A DNA stretch of 64,000 nucleotides, taken from positions 3,103,223-3,167,222 of the forward strand of contig OZ316892.1 of the NCBI GenBank assembly GCA_973895155.1, given 5' to 3'. The first letter of the stretch is position 1. Each line of letters begins with the position of its first letter. Source of the stretch: Marsupella aquatica. Taxonomy: Eukaryota > Plantae > Marchantiophyta. The notes under the pieces are model-generated. The model had not been told where the DNA came from and searched no databases. It worked only from the letters and a program-made list of their open reading frames with translations. This document shows positions 25,068-37,981 of the stretch, in pieces. A program made the translations under genes and the position numbers.

Positions 25068-28000
25068 TTATTGCTCTTTCTTTAAAGATTCTAACAAAAA
25101 AATCTCTCCATAATCTAGCCAGTCTTGATTTGCAGGACATGGGTCCTCAATTTTCTTTTGAGTGTCCATAGTTTGTCCATAGCCGTAATTTTCATCTCCA
25201 GAAACGGGACTCCGCTTCCTTGCTACCATCTCCTCTGCTTCTTGAAATACTCTCTGCATACCATAAGATGAGAACTATTACAGTTTGCTCGTTTTTTGAT
25301 CAAACATGCATTCGTAAATGAAAGAACTCAGAAAATAATTTATAAACATTCTGAGCATGTCACAGAAACTCAGATTAAATTCAGAACAAAATGACAAACG
25401 ATTTGAGACTATAATTGAAAAGTTTGTGGTTCTAAGTTTGATACAATTTTGTATGATCATAATTTAAGGGAAGCATTACCTTTTTATCTTTGAGCATCAG
25501 TCCTTGGCTACTTTCCAAATCAGCGGTGCTACACAACACAGAGAAAGCCGTCGAAAAAGTCAATTTTGGTATAACGCTAGGTAAAGAACCAATATTCGGA
25601 GCAGCGTCACAAGCATGTGCTGGGTTGAGAGGGATTTGTGTACTTTGCTTTCTCCTCGCTCTACAAGGTCTTCCATGGAGTTTCAGACAATCATTCCCAG
25701 ACATGTACAATGCAGACTTGAAAATTTTTACTGACGATCTTTACCTCAATCCAATCCTGCGCGGATTGCCAGATTCGATTACCAAAGCTTTCACCTTCTC
25801 CCCTGCCGTGAATATAGACCTAATATCTGGAATGTAACAACGAGATATGTTGGATATATGCAGCATCGCCCTGCAAGTAAGGGAAAGCCGCACACCAATT
25901 GGCAACACAACTGTCAGTATCTGAATAGAATCCGTAGGCGGCCACCATTAAAATTGAAGTTAATAATGAGCCTGTCCTTTCCATTCTTGTTTCGATCCTC
26001 AAACATAACCCTGAAATTTAAGCTTCAAGTCTAGGCATTGCACGAGATAGGAGCCCTGCCTACACATTTGAGTTTCAGAAGTGAAGAGAACTCCTTCGTA
26101 CAGATGGAAACCATCTTCAATCCACTATATCATTACGACTGCGTAACGGAATATCGTATTACAGTAAGGAGTAAAGAAAGGTACCGTAATGATGTCCCAT
26201 CGACGATGATTTCAACTCCAAACGGAAGTATCCGGTCGACAGTTCCGACAACTAAAGATCCTAATTTAAGATTCCTCCGGCCCTGGAGAAAATGAATGAT
26301 TGCATTAATTTCACTCTTTTGACAAAAGAAGCTTGCTGTACCTTTCAAAAGCCAAATTCTTGGGCACAAACAAAGTAGTTCTGATGAGGATAGACCAAAC
26401 CCAGGGGGTTTAGCTCTATCCGAGGACTAAGATAAGAACATACCCATGCTCGTTTTTCACTCACAAGCAGCTTTCCTGAGGCTTCATCGACATCTGTAAT
26501 CAAAATATTTTTCCATTCCCCGACCTACATAAACAAAAGTCCAGACGAGGATAGACAAGTCAGACAATGCTGATTTCAAAAGTAAGTTCTCCAAAAACAC
26601 ATGACGCCCTTGGCTTTAAAAAAATCTTCCAAATCTGACTCTTGTAATTCAAACAATATGAATATTTTCCAGACAATGACAATTACTGCTTCTGAAGAGC
26701 TCCAAACAACATGCTTCACAAATCTCCTTTTACGCACGTAAAATGGTTTAATAATTCGACTCATGTAGGGATCCATTTCAAAAGCTCTAGGTTCCAACTG
26801 TCAATTCACTTACGTCATTCTTGGGAGACTTGAGAAACTTCGGTCGGTTCAGGAACTCGTTTCGCGGTAAAATAGCTCGTAGGCCCTACAATGAAGACAA
26901 TAAAAACTCAATGTTTTAGGAAACGAAGCGATTCAGTAAACTGCCCGAAATTCACCCGGGCAAAGACACAACAATACAAATTCTAATCCCTCTCCCAGCA
27001 CGCAGAACTAAGGAGTCACAGCTACGAACCTCAATCTTGAAAACCAGCCCTTCAGAGTTCCACGCCACGCACTGGGCTTCGATAGCTTCATCCTGTTCGT
27101 GAATCTGTGCGATGGAAGGGCAGGGACCATTAGGCTTTGCGAGTAAATCCGAAAAATTTCCAACCTTCCACCTTCTGTAACCATTCATTGAATTTGCAGA
27201 GGACAATCCAACTAAACCACAGTTCCTCTACTGAAAGACAACAGCCCACCTGTCTCACACGCTGCCAAGCAATGCACGTGGCGATTTTCCTGGCTGAGAG
27301 CACTGCTCTTCCACTCAGAGTCACACCTAAAACTTTCAGTGTAATAACTGTTCCGACAGGGGTCAGCGGATATGTGGGCTTCAGGGCTTCTCTATCGCCT
27401 AGAAACCGAAATTGCCCTGGTGACATTGCCGGCATTGAAGAACCAGATTCATCCAGCTCCCAGAAGAGTTCGTCAGCCCTAAATACATCAAACGGCTTCA
27501 AATCCTTTGAAAGCATTCGCCCCAGCTGCTTTGCTCCAATGTCAACGTCCAGCTGATACTCACTCCCAGAAACAACTACCCCAGTCACTTCATCACCGAC
27601 CTTTGGGATGTAATATTCCAAATCCTCTTGTAGTTGCGGTTCAGGTTCGGGTTCAGGCCGTTCATCATGCTTCTCAGAATTGACCTGCCTCGCTCTTGGC
27701 ACCGGGTCGAATGTGGCTGGAGGTTCTTGAGAGGGTTTCCGGACGCCCAGATGGCTCCGCTTCTTAATCTCAAGCAGTTCTATGGGAGGTTGTTCCTCAG
27801 TGACACCGTCTTGGGCCGACACTAACACGGCCCCTTCCTCCTCATCCTCTTGGGCTTCAGTTACATTATTAATTTCTTGATGATGAACGATCTTTCCATT
27901 GTGCAATCCCCTATTCCTTAACCCTAAACCCTCCTCATCTGCTGTACCACCTTCGTGATCTACAGGCCATTCTACGTCTTGAATCGCTTCAAAATCTGTT

Positions 28001-28575
28001 GCTCCCAAACTTACGGTCCCTAGGCCGTTGTTGAATGCCACATGTCCACTTCCTCCTCTGGTCGATGATGATGTACTGAGGCGTTCCACTCCTCCATCTC
28101 TCCCGAGACTTTGCCATTCTCCGTCTTGCACCGCAGCCTCGGCACCGTTTGAAATCAAGGCGGCGGCAGACTCATGGTGAGCAGTCTTCACGTCAAAGGC
28201 TGGACTAGGACTGCTGCTGCTGCTATCAACAGCAGATGAACCCTCCACTTCAGCAGCCGAGCTCGGGGCGACCCTGCACGAACGCAATTCATTGTGCCTG
28301 TTCTTCCCTGCCTCTCCTCGTCCTCGTCCTCCTCTTCCTCCTCTTCCTCCTCTTCCTCCTCGTCCTGCTGCGGGTCTCTCAACATGCCTGCTCCTGCTGC
28401 TGCTTCGGCATCGCAGTCGACAAGTGTGAGCGAATCTACCTCGCCCTCGGCGGGTAGGGTTTTCGACCAGATGCAAAACACCCACGGAATTGAACGCACG
28501 AGGGCCCAACGAGTGCTGGACAAAGTGATCAACGTGGGATTGACATGACACCACTCGAGGAGGATGAGCTAACAT
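25068..28575 (-). CDS. PDE338: Plastid S1-domain RNA-binding protein, PDE338/RLSB/BSF-like (AT1G71720 family), about 8 exons
   Basis: Exon 1 28575-27250 (transit-like N-terminus, YYIPKVGDEVTGVVVSG...LDVDIGA, TLSGRAVLS...AWQRVRQ). Further exons 27104-27030 (IEAQCVAWNSEGLVFKIE), ~26885-26813 (GLRAILP), ~26525-26444, ~26282-26184 (GTVDRILPFG), ~25871-25745 (LHISNISR), ~25528-25479 (ADLESSQGL) and ~25253-25068 (VFQEAEEM...ANQDWL). Confidence 0.88.
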
Positions 28576-29039
28576 CGCGATTGAGCAAACTCCTTGCCCC
28601 TCGAGGCTGGGCAGACACAATCGCAGCGACTATGGCGCTTCGAGCCTAGTTTTCCTGAATCGAGCCTAGATTTCCTGAATCCTGCCGTCTTCTTTAGGAT
28701 CGAAAAGGGAGCAGAATCGGATGAGCTCGCCCTCGGGCCAGCTCGTGGCCGTAGCAATTACAGAATCATGGTGAGCAATTCAATCGATCACACGAAATCG
28801 AAACGATGGAAAATGCAGAACACGGCATGTTGTGATATCCTGGAAATGGAAATGCAGAAAGGCGGAGAAGGGGGAGATGGAACTCCTAAAACCCTAGCTG
28901 GGGTTTGGGGATTGGTTTGCCCAGTGGAGGGGAGAGATGCTCTACCTCGTTGCTTTGTCGTGTGGTGGGTCCCCAAAATGCCTTCACATCAGGGACACCA
29001 AAATTGTATCTAAGTCAACCTTGTGAATTTATTTTGTAC

Positions 29040-29430
29040 CAGATCAATCAGATGATCTCGGGTAAAAGATGTTGGTGCTAGAAATATATGGTTAAATAAA
29101 ATATGTTGTTGCCTAAACCATGTCATTAAGTTAAATAAATCATTGTGTAAAATGACATCTTTACAAGACATTTTACATTTAACCACATTTTTAAAGCTGA
29201 ACAATCATTGTTTTAGTGTAAAGATGTCTTTACACAAAAAATGTGGTTAAATGAAAGAGGAAATGTGGTTAAATGAAAGAGGTTGTTGCACAAAAGATGT
29301 TGTTAAGCAAAACATGTAATTTATGGAAAAGATGATGTTGTGCAAAAGATATTGAAGCGTAAAAGATAACACTAAGCAAAAGATATCTTGGTGCAAAAAA
29401 TATAGTGTTATAAAAGATGTTGTCATATGT
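29040..29430. repeat. Degenerate AT-rich short-period repeat (AAAGATGT-like units), TE remnant
   Basis: Many A(A)AAGATG(T)T units. Similar tracts occur at ~29980-30130 and, inverted (ACATCTTT), at ~39220-39640. Confidence 0.5.
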
Positions 29431-30463
29431 GGTGGTCCCCATGCCTAAACCGTGCCACCCCGGCAGAGTAGCTTGGCCCCCAATTGCATGTTGTTTCATC
29501 CAAATACATATATTTTGTTAAGTGTGTTTGTTTTCATTGAATGTAGTTTACATAGAATGTACTCATTTTCCTTTCCTGGGAGTACCAAGGGGAGGGGCTA
29601 GTACACTCTCCTTGCATGGCACATGGGGACTACATTGGGACAGGGGCCAATACAAACAAGACAATGGTTGGATAGAGAATGTACTTGCAAGTAGAGTGAC
29701 TAGGAGGATCAAGAAGGATTCTTCTCCCTCCACTTATAGCTGTGGTTTGATATTTGTTACCTCTTTTATATATCAAAGTGCCAGAAAGCACAAACGCTTT
29801 GCTTTCAGTATTTTCCTTGGCAGAGAAAACTGTGTGTTTTGAAACTACCATTGTAAAAAGTGGCAGACCTTATGTTATAGTTTTTAATAGCTCAATACCT
29901 CTGCATACAAGATGTAGTACCCTGGGTTCTGCCAAGGTACAAAAAAGACCCAAGTTCTTCTAAAGCCACATATATTGTGCCAAAGATGACATTGCATAAG
30001 GAATGTGGTTGCAAAAACAATGTTGTTTTGTAAAAGAAATTGTCGATGTGGTTGCTTAAAAAAAAACCATTGCTGAAAAGGTGTTGCTTGTAGAGTTTCA
30101 TTACCAAAAAGGACATCATTGCATAAATGATGCTATAATTTAATCTCAATCTTGAATCTAAAGCCCGGATGGATCGAGACATTGCCTCTGCCCATCCCCA
30201 TGGACTGCGTAAAGCAAGCGTTGCTTTTACACCAGAAAGGAACCGGTCACGGATCACAATTGACTACTTTGACTACTTTGTGGAGAAAGTAGTCAAGTCA
30301 GATGAACATTTTAAAACAATGACCTCAATTCAATGTAATGGCTCTGTCAACAATGTTGCCAAAAAGAATGGAGCTTCTTTGTCTTGAAGCTATAATCTAA
30401 GTGAGTCCAATTTAATTCAAACAAAATGGATGAATGAGATGAAAGATGTGATTGAACACATTT

Positions 30464-30795
30464 TGTTAAGGATTTCTCGTAGTCTTGTGACTCATACGTT
30501 ATGGCAGTTAGCTTAACCAAAGTTAGGGACTTAGCTGAGGTTAGGTTAGTTGTATGTGACCTTGCATATACCAGGGCTAGTGTAAGCTGCTGGTACATGG
30601 TGCTTGCTCATTGTAACGAAATAACTTGAGGAAGAGAGAGAGCTTGTGTGTTTGACGACTCTTGAAGTAAAATTGTTGTGTTCGTGTGGACGTAGCCTTG
30701 GAGAAGAGGCGAACCACATATGGATTGTGTCGACTACGTGTGCATGGTATGAATCATGATTGTATCATCATAAAGGAAGACGTTATACTTCAACA
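30464..30795 (+). mobile_element. Solo LTR, older relative of the 10559-10911 element
   Basis: TGTTAAGGATTT...TCAACA termini. Shares TGCTCATTGT, GAGAGAGAGCTTG, GTGGACGTAGCC...GAACCAC and TGTGTCGACT with the first LTR. Flanks CATTT/CGTGT match only 3/5. Confidence 0.8.
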
Positions 30796-32718
30796 CGTGT
30801 GCCTCCCACATCATGGATTTGAGACACCATTTAAGAAAATTGTCAAGTTGTCGTGAACCTTAGAAGTACATAGCACATTTTCAAAATGTGTGTGATGTCT
30901 TGATAGCTTACTTTATAGGGGCGTCAAAGTTGTCAACTGTTAGTGATGTAAAGTAACCTTACCTTTGATTTTGGCAAATTGGGTTGATTTATTTGAAGAG
31001 CTTTTTAATCTCCATTTAAGTTGAAAATTTTCCTGCATGGCCTGTGATGTCCAATCTATTGTTTGACAAGTTTGAGACTTTTCGAAATCATTTGCTTCAC
31101 TTCCAATGAACACAGAGATGGTCAAATATTCTAAATCATGATTTCACTTTACACTTGGGAAAATTTCAAGTGGGTCAACTGAAAATGAGCGTTCATGAGT
31201 AATGACATGACGTCTTGCCATCTTTCAAGTTCAAGGTTGTCAAGTTATAGGGGGGACCAGTTCAATAGTGTAACTAAAACCGGTGCAAACGGTTAGGAGA
31301 CCGTCTACAGGTCGCATTTCAGTCAATAGTGTACACAATGTTACCTAAGTCAATTTAAATGTTCGGAGCAAGACCATCTGGGCTTCATAGACAAAGTGGA
31401 GGTCCATCTGGGTTTTGGTTTCCCCAATCTTTCCCTAACATGGAAAGTGTCAAATTTAGTAATACGACCATGGGATTCTTTATCGCAGTTAGTGGTTGTG
31501 GACGTTTCATCATTTCGGATGGTTGTTGTTATTGCGGAAATCTTATCACTTGGCCATTATTGTTGTTAATGGTGTGTTGTTGTCAGGGAGGACTAAGGTT
31601 AGAGCACAGGGACGCAAGATGGGTGACTGTGGATGCTGCATTGCAGGGTCTATGCATGATTGCACAGTAGGAGGGAGTATTTTTAATTTTTAATTTTGTA
31701 ATTTCTTTATGTTACATAATTTCGAACTTAAAGCCGGGATAGACACAAACGTTTGTAGGGACAACCCGGATGGACACAGCCTGTTGACACTGTAACACCA
31801 ATCCCTAATGACACCCAAAATGGATTACAGGTGTCTTATGAACGGAAGCTAACCAAGATTTAGACATTAAGTTAAGTATGTCTAACCTCCTCCGTTGCTC
31901 CTGCCTGGATAGACTATGGGAAGAAACAACCAAAAACCTCCTGCTCCTGGTCCGACAGCTCCTTACAGGTCACCATTGGAGCACAAGTGAAAAGCATGTT
32001 ATACAAGCACAATCTTAAGTTTATTCTGTGTTTGTCCATGGGGGCTTTTTCTCAAACGTTTGTGTCTGTCCCAACTTTAAGTTCCATAATTTTCAGTTTA
32101 TATATTCATTCAGAGTTTTTCAGAATTTTCAATTTTGTTTTTCAATCTAAATTTCAAACTTTCATTTTGGGCAGGTATGCAGGCAGGTTTAGGGCAGCTC
32201 AGGCAGACATTTGAGATAGGAGGAGTCTGTGTATTTGGGGGTCTGATGCTGCAAGAAAAATTCATGTCTTGATGAAGGACCAGGAATGATTGGCTGCCAC
32301 TTTTTCTCATTTTGTAAATGGACTGGGTGTGTTTTTGCCAAGATAGGGTACTATACTGTTTGCTTTCTACTAGCCCAAATGCCAAGGGGTTGGAGACTAT
32401 TATCAATAGTAAGTTATCTAGTGTTTTGTGGAATGTTGTCAAGCATCACAGAATTTTCTTGAGAGTAAATGATGTTGAGTGGAAGGGTTGTCGAGTATAA
32501 ATGAAATGACCTGACAATGAACTGTGGCAACTGGATTTTAAGGAATGTGTGAACTATGGGGAGAGTGATGGGTTAAGCACAGGAAAGGTGCATAAGGACA
32601 ACCTTAGGTCCATCTCAAGATGCAAGATCACCATAATTGAATGGCCAAATCAAGTACTATATAGGCTTCTCATCACAATGACATTTTGTGTTCTTGAGCG
32701 ACTGCATATTATAGTGTA

Positions 32719-33300
32719 CTAGCCCGATTTACCCGTTCCTTGAATGGAAACAGATATGAAGAAAAAAAATCTTGCACAATAATATTTCTATCTTGTTTCA
32801 TTAATCCTCATTTTAGTGTTTTTTAATTGAGATTCATGATCACTTTTGTATGTACTGGTTACCGTGCTTCACTCTAGACCCTAGGCCCTTAATAGTAGAC
32901 TTCCTTTGTGCTTTTATAATAAGATTAAAATAATTCCTAGTAAAAAGTGTAATTCAACAGTCAAATTTTAAATGCAAGGGCCATGGACAGGCTCTTATCG
33001 CAGGCCACAAAATTGGTGAACTACAATAAAGTCTCGAGACGCCGTGGGCTCTGCAGGGGCATTTTTTAATGGCAACAGTTTGCCAGATTACACCTCCCCA
33101 AAAAAACCTTTTGCCACTTTTGACAAAAAATTGCTAGTTTTTTCCCCTCACGGGCAACAATTAGCCACAATCTAATGGTCAGCCTTAAATCTAGGGAGAT
33201 CTGTCCCGATCCGTCCCACGCCCAATTGTCTCCCCCTTAAATCTAGGGAGAGATCCGTCCCACGCTCAATTGTCTCCCCCTTAAATCTAGGGAGATCTAA
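32719..33300 (-). mobile_element. Helitron-like non-autonomous element (3' end at 32719; other boundary uncertain)
   Basis: The minus strand reads hairpin CCATTC-AAG-GAACGG, 10 nt, then CTAG|T. Three tandem CTTAAATCTAGGGAGA units lie at 33184-33297. Confidence 0.45.
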
Positions 33301-33414
33301 CAGCCAGAAAAATATTCTAATACAATCATAAGGGTATTTTGAGCATCATCTACTTCAACATTCGCCACTCTGGCGTAAAAGTAAAAACCTTAGAGATTAC
33401 GCTGCTCTGGAGAC

Positions 33415-35838
33415 CTCGCAAGCTGAATGTACATTCTCCACATGAGATTCGTCACACTGCCCACAAATCTGACAGTGACCACCTCCTCAATTGTGCCTCT
33501 AAATCCTTGCCTAAGATGGTTCGAAGGGCACACTCCCACCCACCTTCGCAACCACCTAAATTGGAACATGGAGCCCATGCCTGCAGACCTCTCTGTATTC
33601 TCCTATTCCAATTCGAGAAAACTTGACCACAACTGCATCTATTGCAACCATGACGAGGTGCCACGCTTGTGAGTGCCCATCCTCAGCTCATCATCCCCGC
33701 CCTTGCGCTCATGCCACGACATTCTTTCACGGCATGGTGCCAACTCCACCAGGAGGAGGAATTGACTGCCATCCTGGGGAGGGGAAATCATTGGCATCGC
33801 ATGGAGCCAATTCCACAAGGAGAGGAATTGACTGCCATCCTGGTGAGGGGAAGACGTAGAACCTAAGTACATATCACTGACTCGCTGCTAACTTGAGACG
33901 AGAGTGGTAATTTAGAAGTGTTTAACAAACTGTTGTAAGTTAGGGTCGGTCGCCACGTTGCCCCCCAAGACAAAAGAGCCTGATTTCATTGTTAGGCGAT
34001 GCACATTGTCTGAACGAATGACCTACATGTCAGTAACTATATTCAGGCACTCGCGTTGTTTCGTGCATTTTTAAGAAATTCATGAACTCAAGAGTCACAA
34101 AAGGTATCACTTCCCCTCTCTAGTCATCTCTATGATGCTCACTGCCAGCAATTTCTTTTTATTTTTCCTGTTGAGTCCTTCATGACCCTACGGATTTTTC
34201 AACAATCCTTTGTACTGACCCGTCCAACGTGTGCAGGTCATGATTTATATGCCCTGTGTGTCGATCTATAGGTGACTCACACGGAGGCCCTAGGATTCAT
34301 GAATTTTTTGCTTTGTAAGAAATTTTGATTTGTGACCATGGACAGCATGCTTACTAGCTTTTTCACCAAGTCTTTCAGATATCCAAACCAATGAAACTGC
34401 AAGATTCACATTCTGACAAAATACTCAGTCCTTGTCAGTGATGGTAAATCACCTAGAGTCAAGGTTTGAGAATACTGGTACAACCCATGTTCCAAGATTG
34501 GTAGGCACATCACTCCTGACAAGGCTTGCTGAAACGTGGACCCTCGTTTGTTATTTATGATGCACAATGTATGTATGTCCTTTTCATTTGGACATTTTGT
34601 GGCAGTTTCCCATGTCATTTCCACGATTGAGCTACATCGCTCTCTCTAAGTTTCGTCTTAATATTTGGTATAAAGTTGTCCATTCATAATGTCCGTCCGT
34701 GGCATGTGCTGAACCCCACCTTCGATCCTTGATGAAGATGCAATCAGACATTCACTTCCGGATAAGTGACAACAACAACTTATCCTTTGAGTAGAAAATG
34801 CGTCTTGGAGCCTGTCACAATCCGATCAAGCGAATAGGTTATTACACGTCTGAAAAGGGTAGGCTTCCTGGAAAGTGATGTCGCTGCCCCATTTGGAAAA
34901 GTCGAGGTTGCAGAGTTGTGTATAATTAACGCCCCCGTCGGTGAATTGGCCATTCAACGCAAAGCGAGCGTTGATCCGGTAGAAAGCCTCAGTGAAATGA
35001 ATGCCGTCCCAGCATATGTGCTGCTCTGGGTTGGAGCACTTGTTCGATCCCAGAGATGGGTTCCCGCATGTGATAGCCGGATTGTAGTTCAAAGTCCCCA
35101 CTCCAGGAGCTCCACAGCAAGCCGTCTTGGTTAGGGCAGGGTCGAAACCTGTCATGCAAGGGCAGACAGGAGGGCACGAGATTAATTCTGTAACGGTGGG
35201 TAATGCTCTGCTGTTTTCACCATCCGCGTCTATGAGCACATCTTAGTGACGAGTATATGAAACTCTGGTGAATGATTGAATCTTACTCATATGTGAGAGA
35301 ATCCTTCAAAGGCTCCGAAAAGGAGTTTCCGTACTGAAGCCAAGCCAAAACGCTTTCTCGAGCGGTTTCTATTAAACCCAAAAATTGGTACCTTAAATCA
35401 CTTATAAGATTTCTTCTTTGTTTTTTCCAGACCTGATCTGACAGATTTGTGTGGTTTGTTATGAAAGCATTGGTAAGATTAGAAAGTGAAAATGTCAAAG
35501 TTATTGTTCTTCAAATTAATGTTTCGCTTTCCTTAATGTCACTGCTAGGGGAAAAATCAAGGTTTGTAAAACTCTAGAGTGGTTTAAAATTAATATATAG
35601 CACCATCCTCACATGGCGTTATTATACAGTTGGGAAAGATATGACAAATTGGGAGAAAAAGGAGGAAACTCAAAGTACCGTATTTGGCAGGGTGTGTCAG
35701 AATCTCAAGTTGGGCGCTGTAGGTATCAAAGTAGGCGATGTTGGCTCCAGTTAGATTAAGGCGTAGCAACTTGATCTGCGACAACAGTTGATTGTTAAAG
35801 TTCTGTGAAATTTGGTTCACACCGGTGATGCAGCCCAA
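33415..35838 (+). repeat. Segmental duplication unit (3' part of GDSL gene 1 plus downstream region), direct copy at ~52318-54720
   Basis: Collinear, high similarity over ~2.4 kb, also visible as paired near-identical ORF translations (e.g. 35283-35498 vs 54141-54395). Confidence 0.92.
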
Positions 35839-37981
35839 TGAGTCCGTAGGATGGTTGGCGTTTCTCAGGTAAGTGAGGATGAAAGTCGAACAGCCGCCCA
35901 CGGACAGGCCGGATATTAGAAACTGCCGTGCGCCCCTCTGGTACAAAGTCTGCAATTCAAGTGCATCGCCAAGTCATAGAGCATTTTGAACAAAGTTGGA
36001 CTGTGAAAGAACACTCCGAGTTTGGAAGATCTGTCATACTGGTGAAGCAACACTAAAGTGAGATTAATTACCAGCATACTTCTCGCCAGAAAATTCGAAG
36101 ATATCGGACTAGTTTGTTCAAGACTGCCATTAGAGATGTGAATAAGGGAAGGATTAAAATGAAAGATTACTTTGGGATTTCCGAACTGACCTGCCCCAAT
36201 TTGCTACTGTGAAAAACCAACCTTCGTTTTGGACTGGGCTGGTACCGAACTTGAGGAAAAATGAATAAAACGAATCTGTTCCCGATCGAGTTCTCTGACT
36301 AGTTTTTGTATCGATACTGACTAGAAGGGTTTTCTAACAATTTGAATAGATCAGCCTTGTGTGAAAGTCAGACGAAGATTGATCAATGCAATGCGGAAAC
36401 TTGATAATAGCCTGTTTATCGTCTGTTTGTCCAACGTTACCTGTGTGGATACTCTGACTTATCGACACAAGTACCTCATAATTGATATACTTACAACGAT
36501 TGCAATCATGATCGCATTGACCGTCTGCGGAACAATGGTATCGTTGACGAAGCTGAAAGATGTACCATTTTCAACGGGACGATATATGTCATTACTGCCA
36601 GCGTTGATAGTATACAGCCAACTACACCACGGGTTGTCCAGCGTTGGCAATTCCTGATTAAAATTACGGCAGCCTGCAATGACAATGTACCCAGATAGAA
36701 ATTTTGAGTAAGCCTTCTGGTATAATTTGAACCTCTAGATCAGATGTTGGCCGACGCAGTAAAAGCTGGTTCTGTCTGAGGGAGATCACTCAACTGCGTT
36801 CTAAGTCTCCCTTTTATCCCTAGATCTCATCTTTTTCTACTATTCAGATCGAACCTGATTGGTGACGGGAGGTCGAGCTAAAACAGAAGCTAATTAATGT
36901 TTCGGAAAGCTCTTTTTCCACGGATTACAAGTGACACAATGGTCCAATGAGTGCTAACTGAGCAGACAGTTTTCGATGGCTTTCAGGCCGGACCACAGAC
37001 TAATGAAACTAGCATCATTCAAATCTACCGTCAAGGACGTATAGATAAACGATAGCCTCTCTATCATTGTCTTTGTCATCAAGAATATTCATGGTTTGTG
37101 TTTTGAAAGAATGATCTGGTGGCTCAGACAAATTACAGAAAAAGACATCTGAGATGCAAAGAAATAAGCCGCATGGAAATTTGAATTCAAATGTCAGGAA
37201 ACTCGGAAGGATCCCGCAGGATTGTTTGATCCCTCACCTGCTTGCTTTTGAGAAGCGGCCACGCTGTTCTGGAACCTGATGAATTGAGCCGTCTGGAAAG
37301 GTGTCACGGAGAATGGCGTAACTGCTGCCGGGTTGAAAGCCGCAGTGGCTCCAGAGGTTGCGAAATTGATTCCATTTCTGAAATTGAATGAAGTGACTGA
37401 AAAGTACGCGTCCAGTAGCGGCTTCTGGAAAGCTAGAGCTGTTCACCCGAACAAATAAATTGAAAGAAGATTTTCAGTAGACCCTCGAATTTGAAAAAAT
37501 TCACCAAACTCAAACGAGCTAGGATGATCAGATTGTTCACAAAGATTTGTGAGCTCGCTCTGTCCGAAGCTAAATGAAATTGTGACATTTTTCTTCAAAC
37601 AAACTGCCCTTGCCTTAGTGGATCCCCAATTTCTGTGCTCAGAATGAATGCCTACAGTTCTAAAAACTCGAGGTAATTAAGAAAAGACGAATTATGTCCT
37701 GAGAACGCACAGAAGAAGTCGGGCAGGACGCGCCCATTGCAGAAACGTTTTGCAGGCTTGCCAAAGAATGTCTCGCCGTAGGGAGGTTTTTCTAAATCCG
37801 CTAAGAAAGGGAACGAATCTACCAAATTGCCCGTGTCGGTAACGGAGTCTCCAAAGTTGGCAAAACCTGAAGGGCACAACGGATTCAAATCACTCTTAGC
37901 ATGGATTGAAGTCATAGCTTTCGGCATTACGGTACTGAGAAATAAAAGGACACTGAATGCTCGAAATTGCTCGAGAGACAT
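34826..37981 (-). CDS. GDSL esterase/lipase (SGNH), secreted, 5 exons; copy 1
   Basis: Signal-peptide-like N-terminus; FANFGDSVTDTGN, PPYGETFFGKPAKRFCNGR, NFATSG, LYTINAGSND, LYQRGARQFL, ACCG and CWDGIHFTEA. Exons ~37981-37711, 37438-37238, ~36780-36494, ~35950-35679 and ~35150-34826. Confidence 0.93.

Noticed and set aside
10559-30795. One 20-kb LTR retrotransposon bounded by the two LTRs
   Set aside because: The first LTR has its own perfect TSD, the two LTRs are quite diverged, and the interval holds conserved host genes rather than gag-pol.
31250-32500. Short ORFs suggesting a gene or transposase
   Set aside because: No recognisable domain, splice structure or paired termini.
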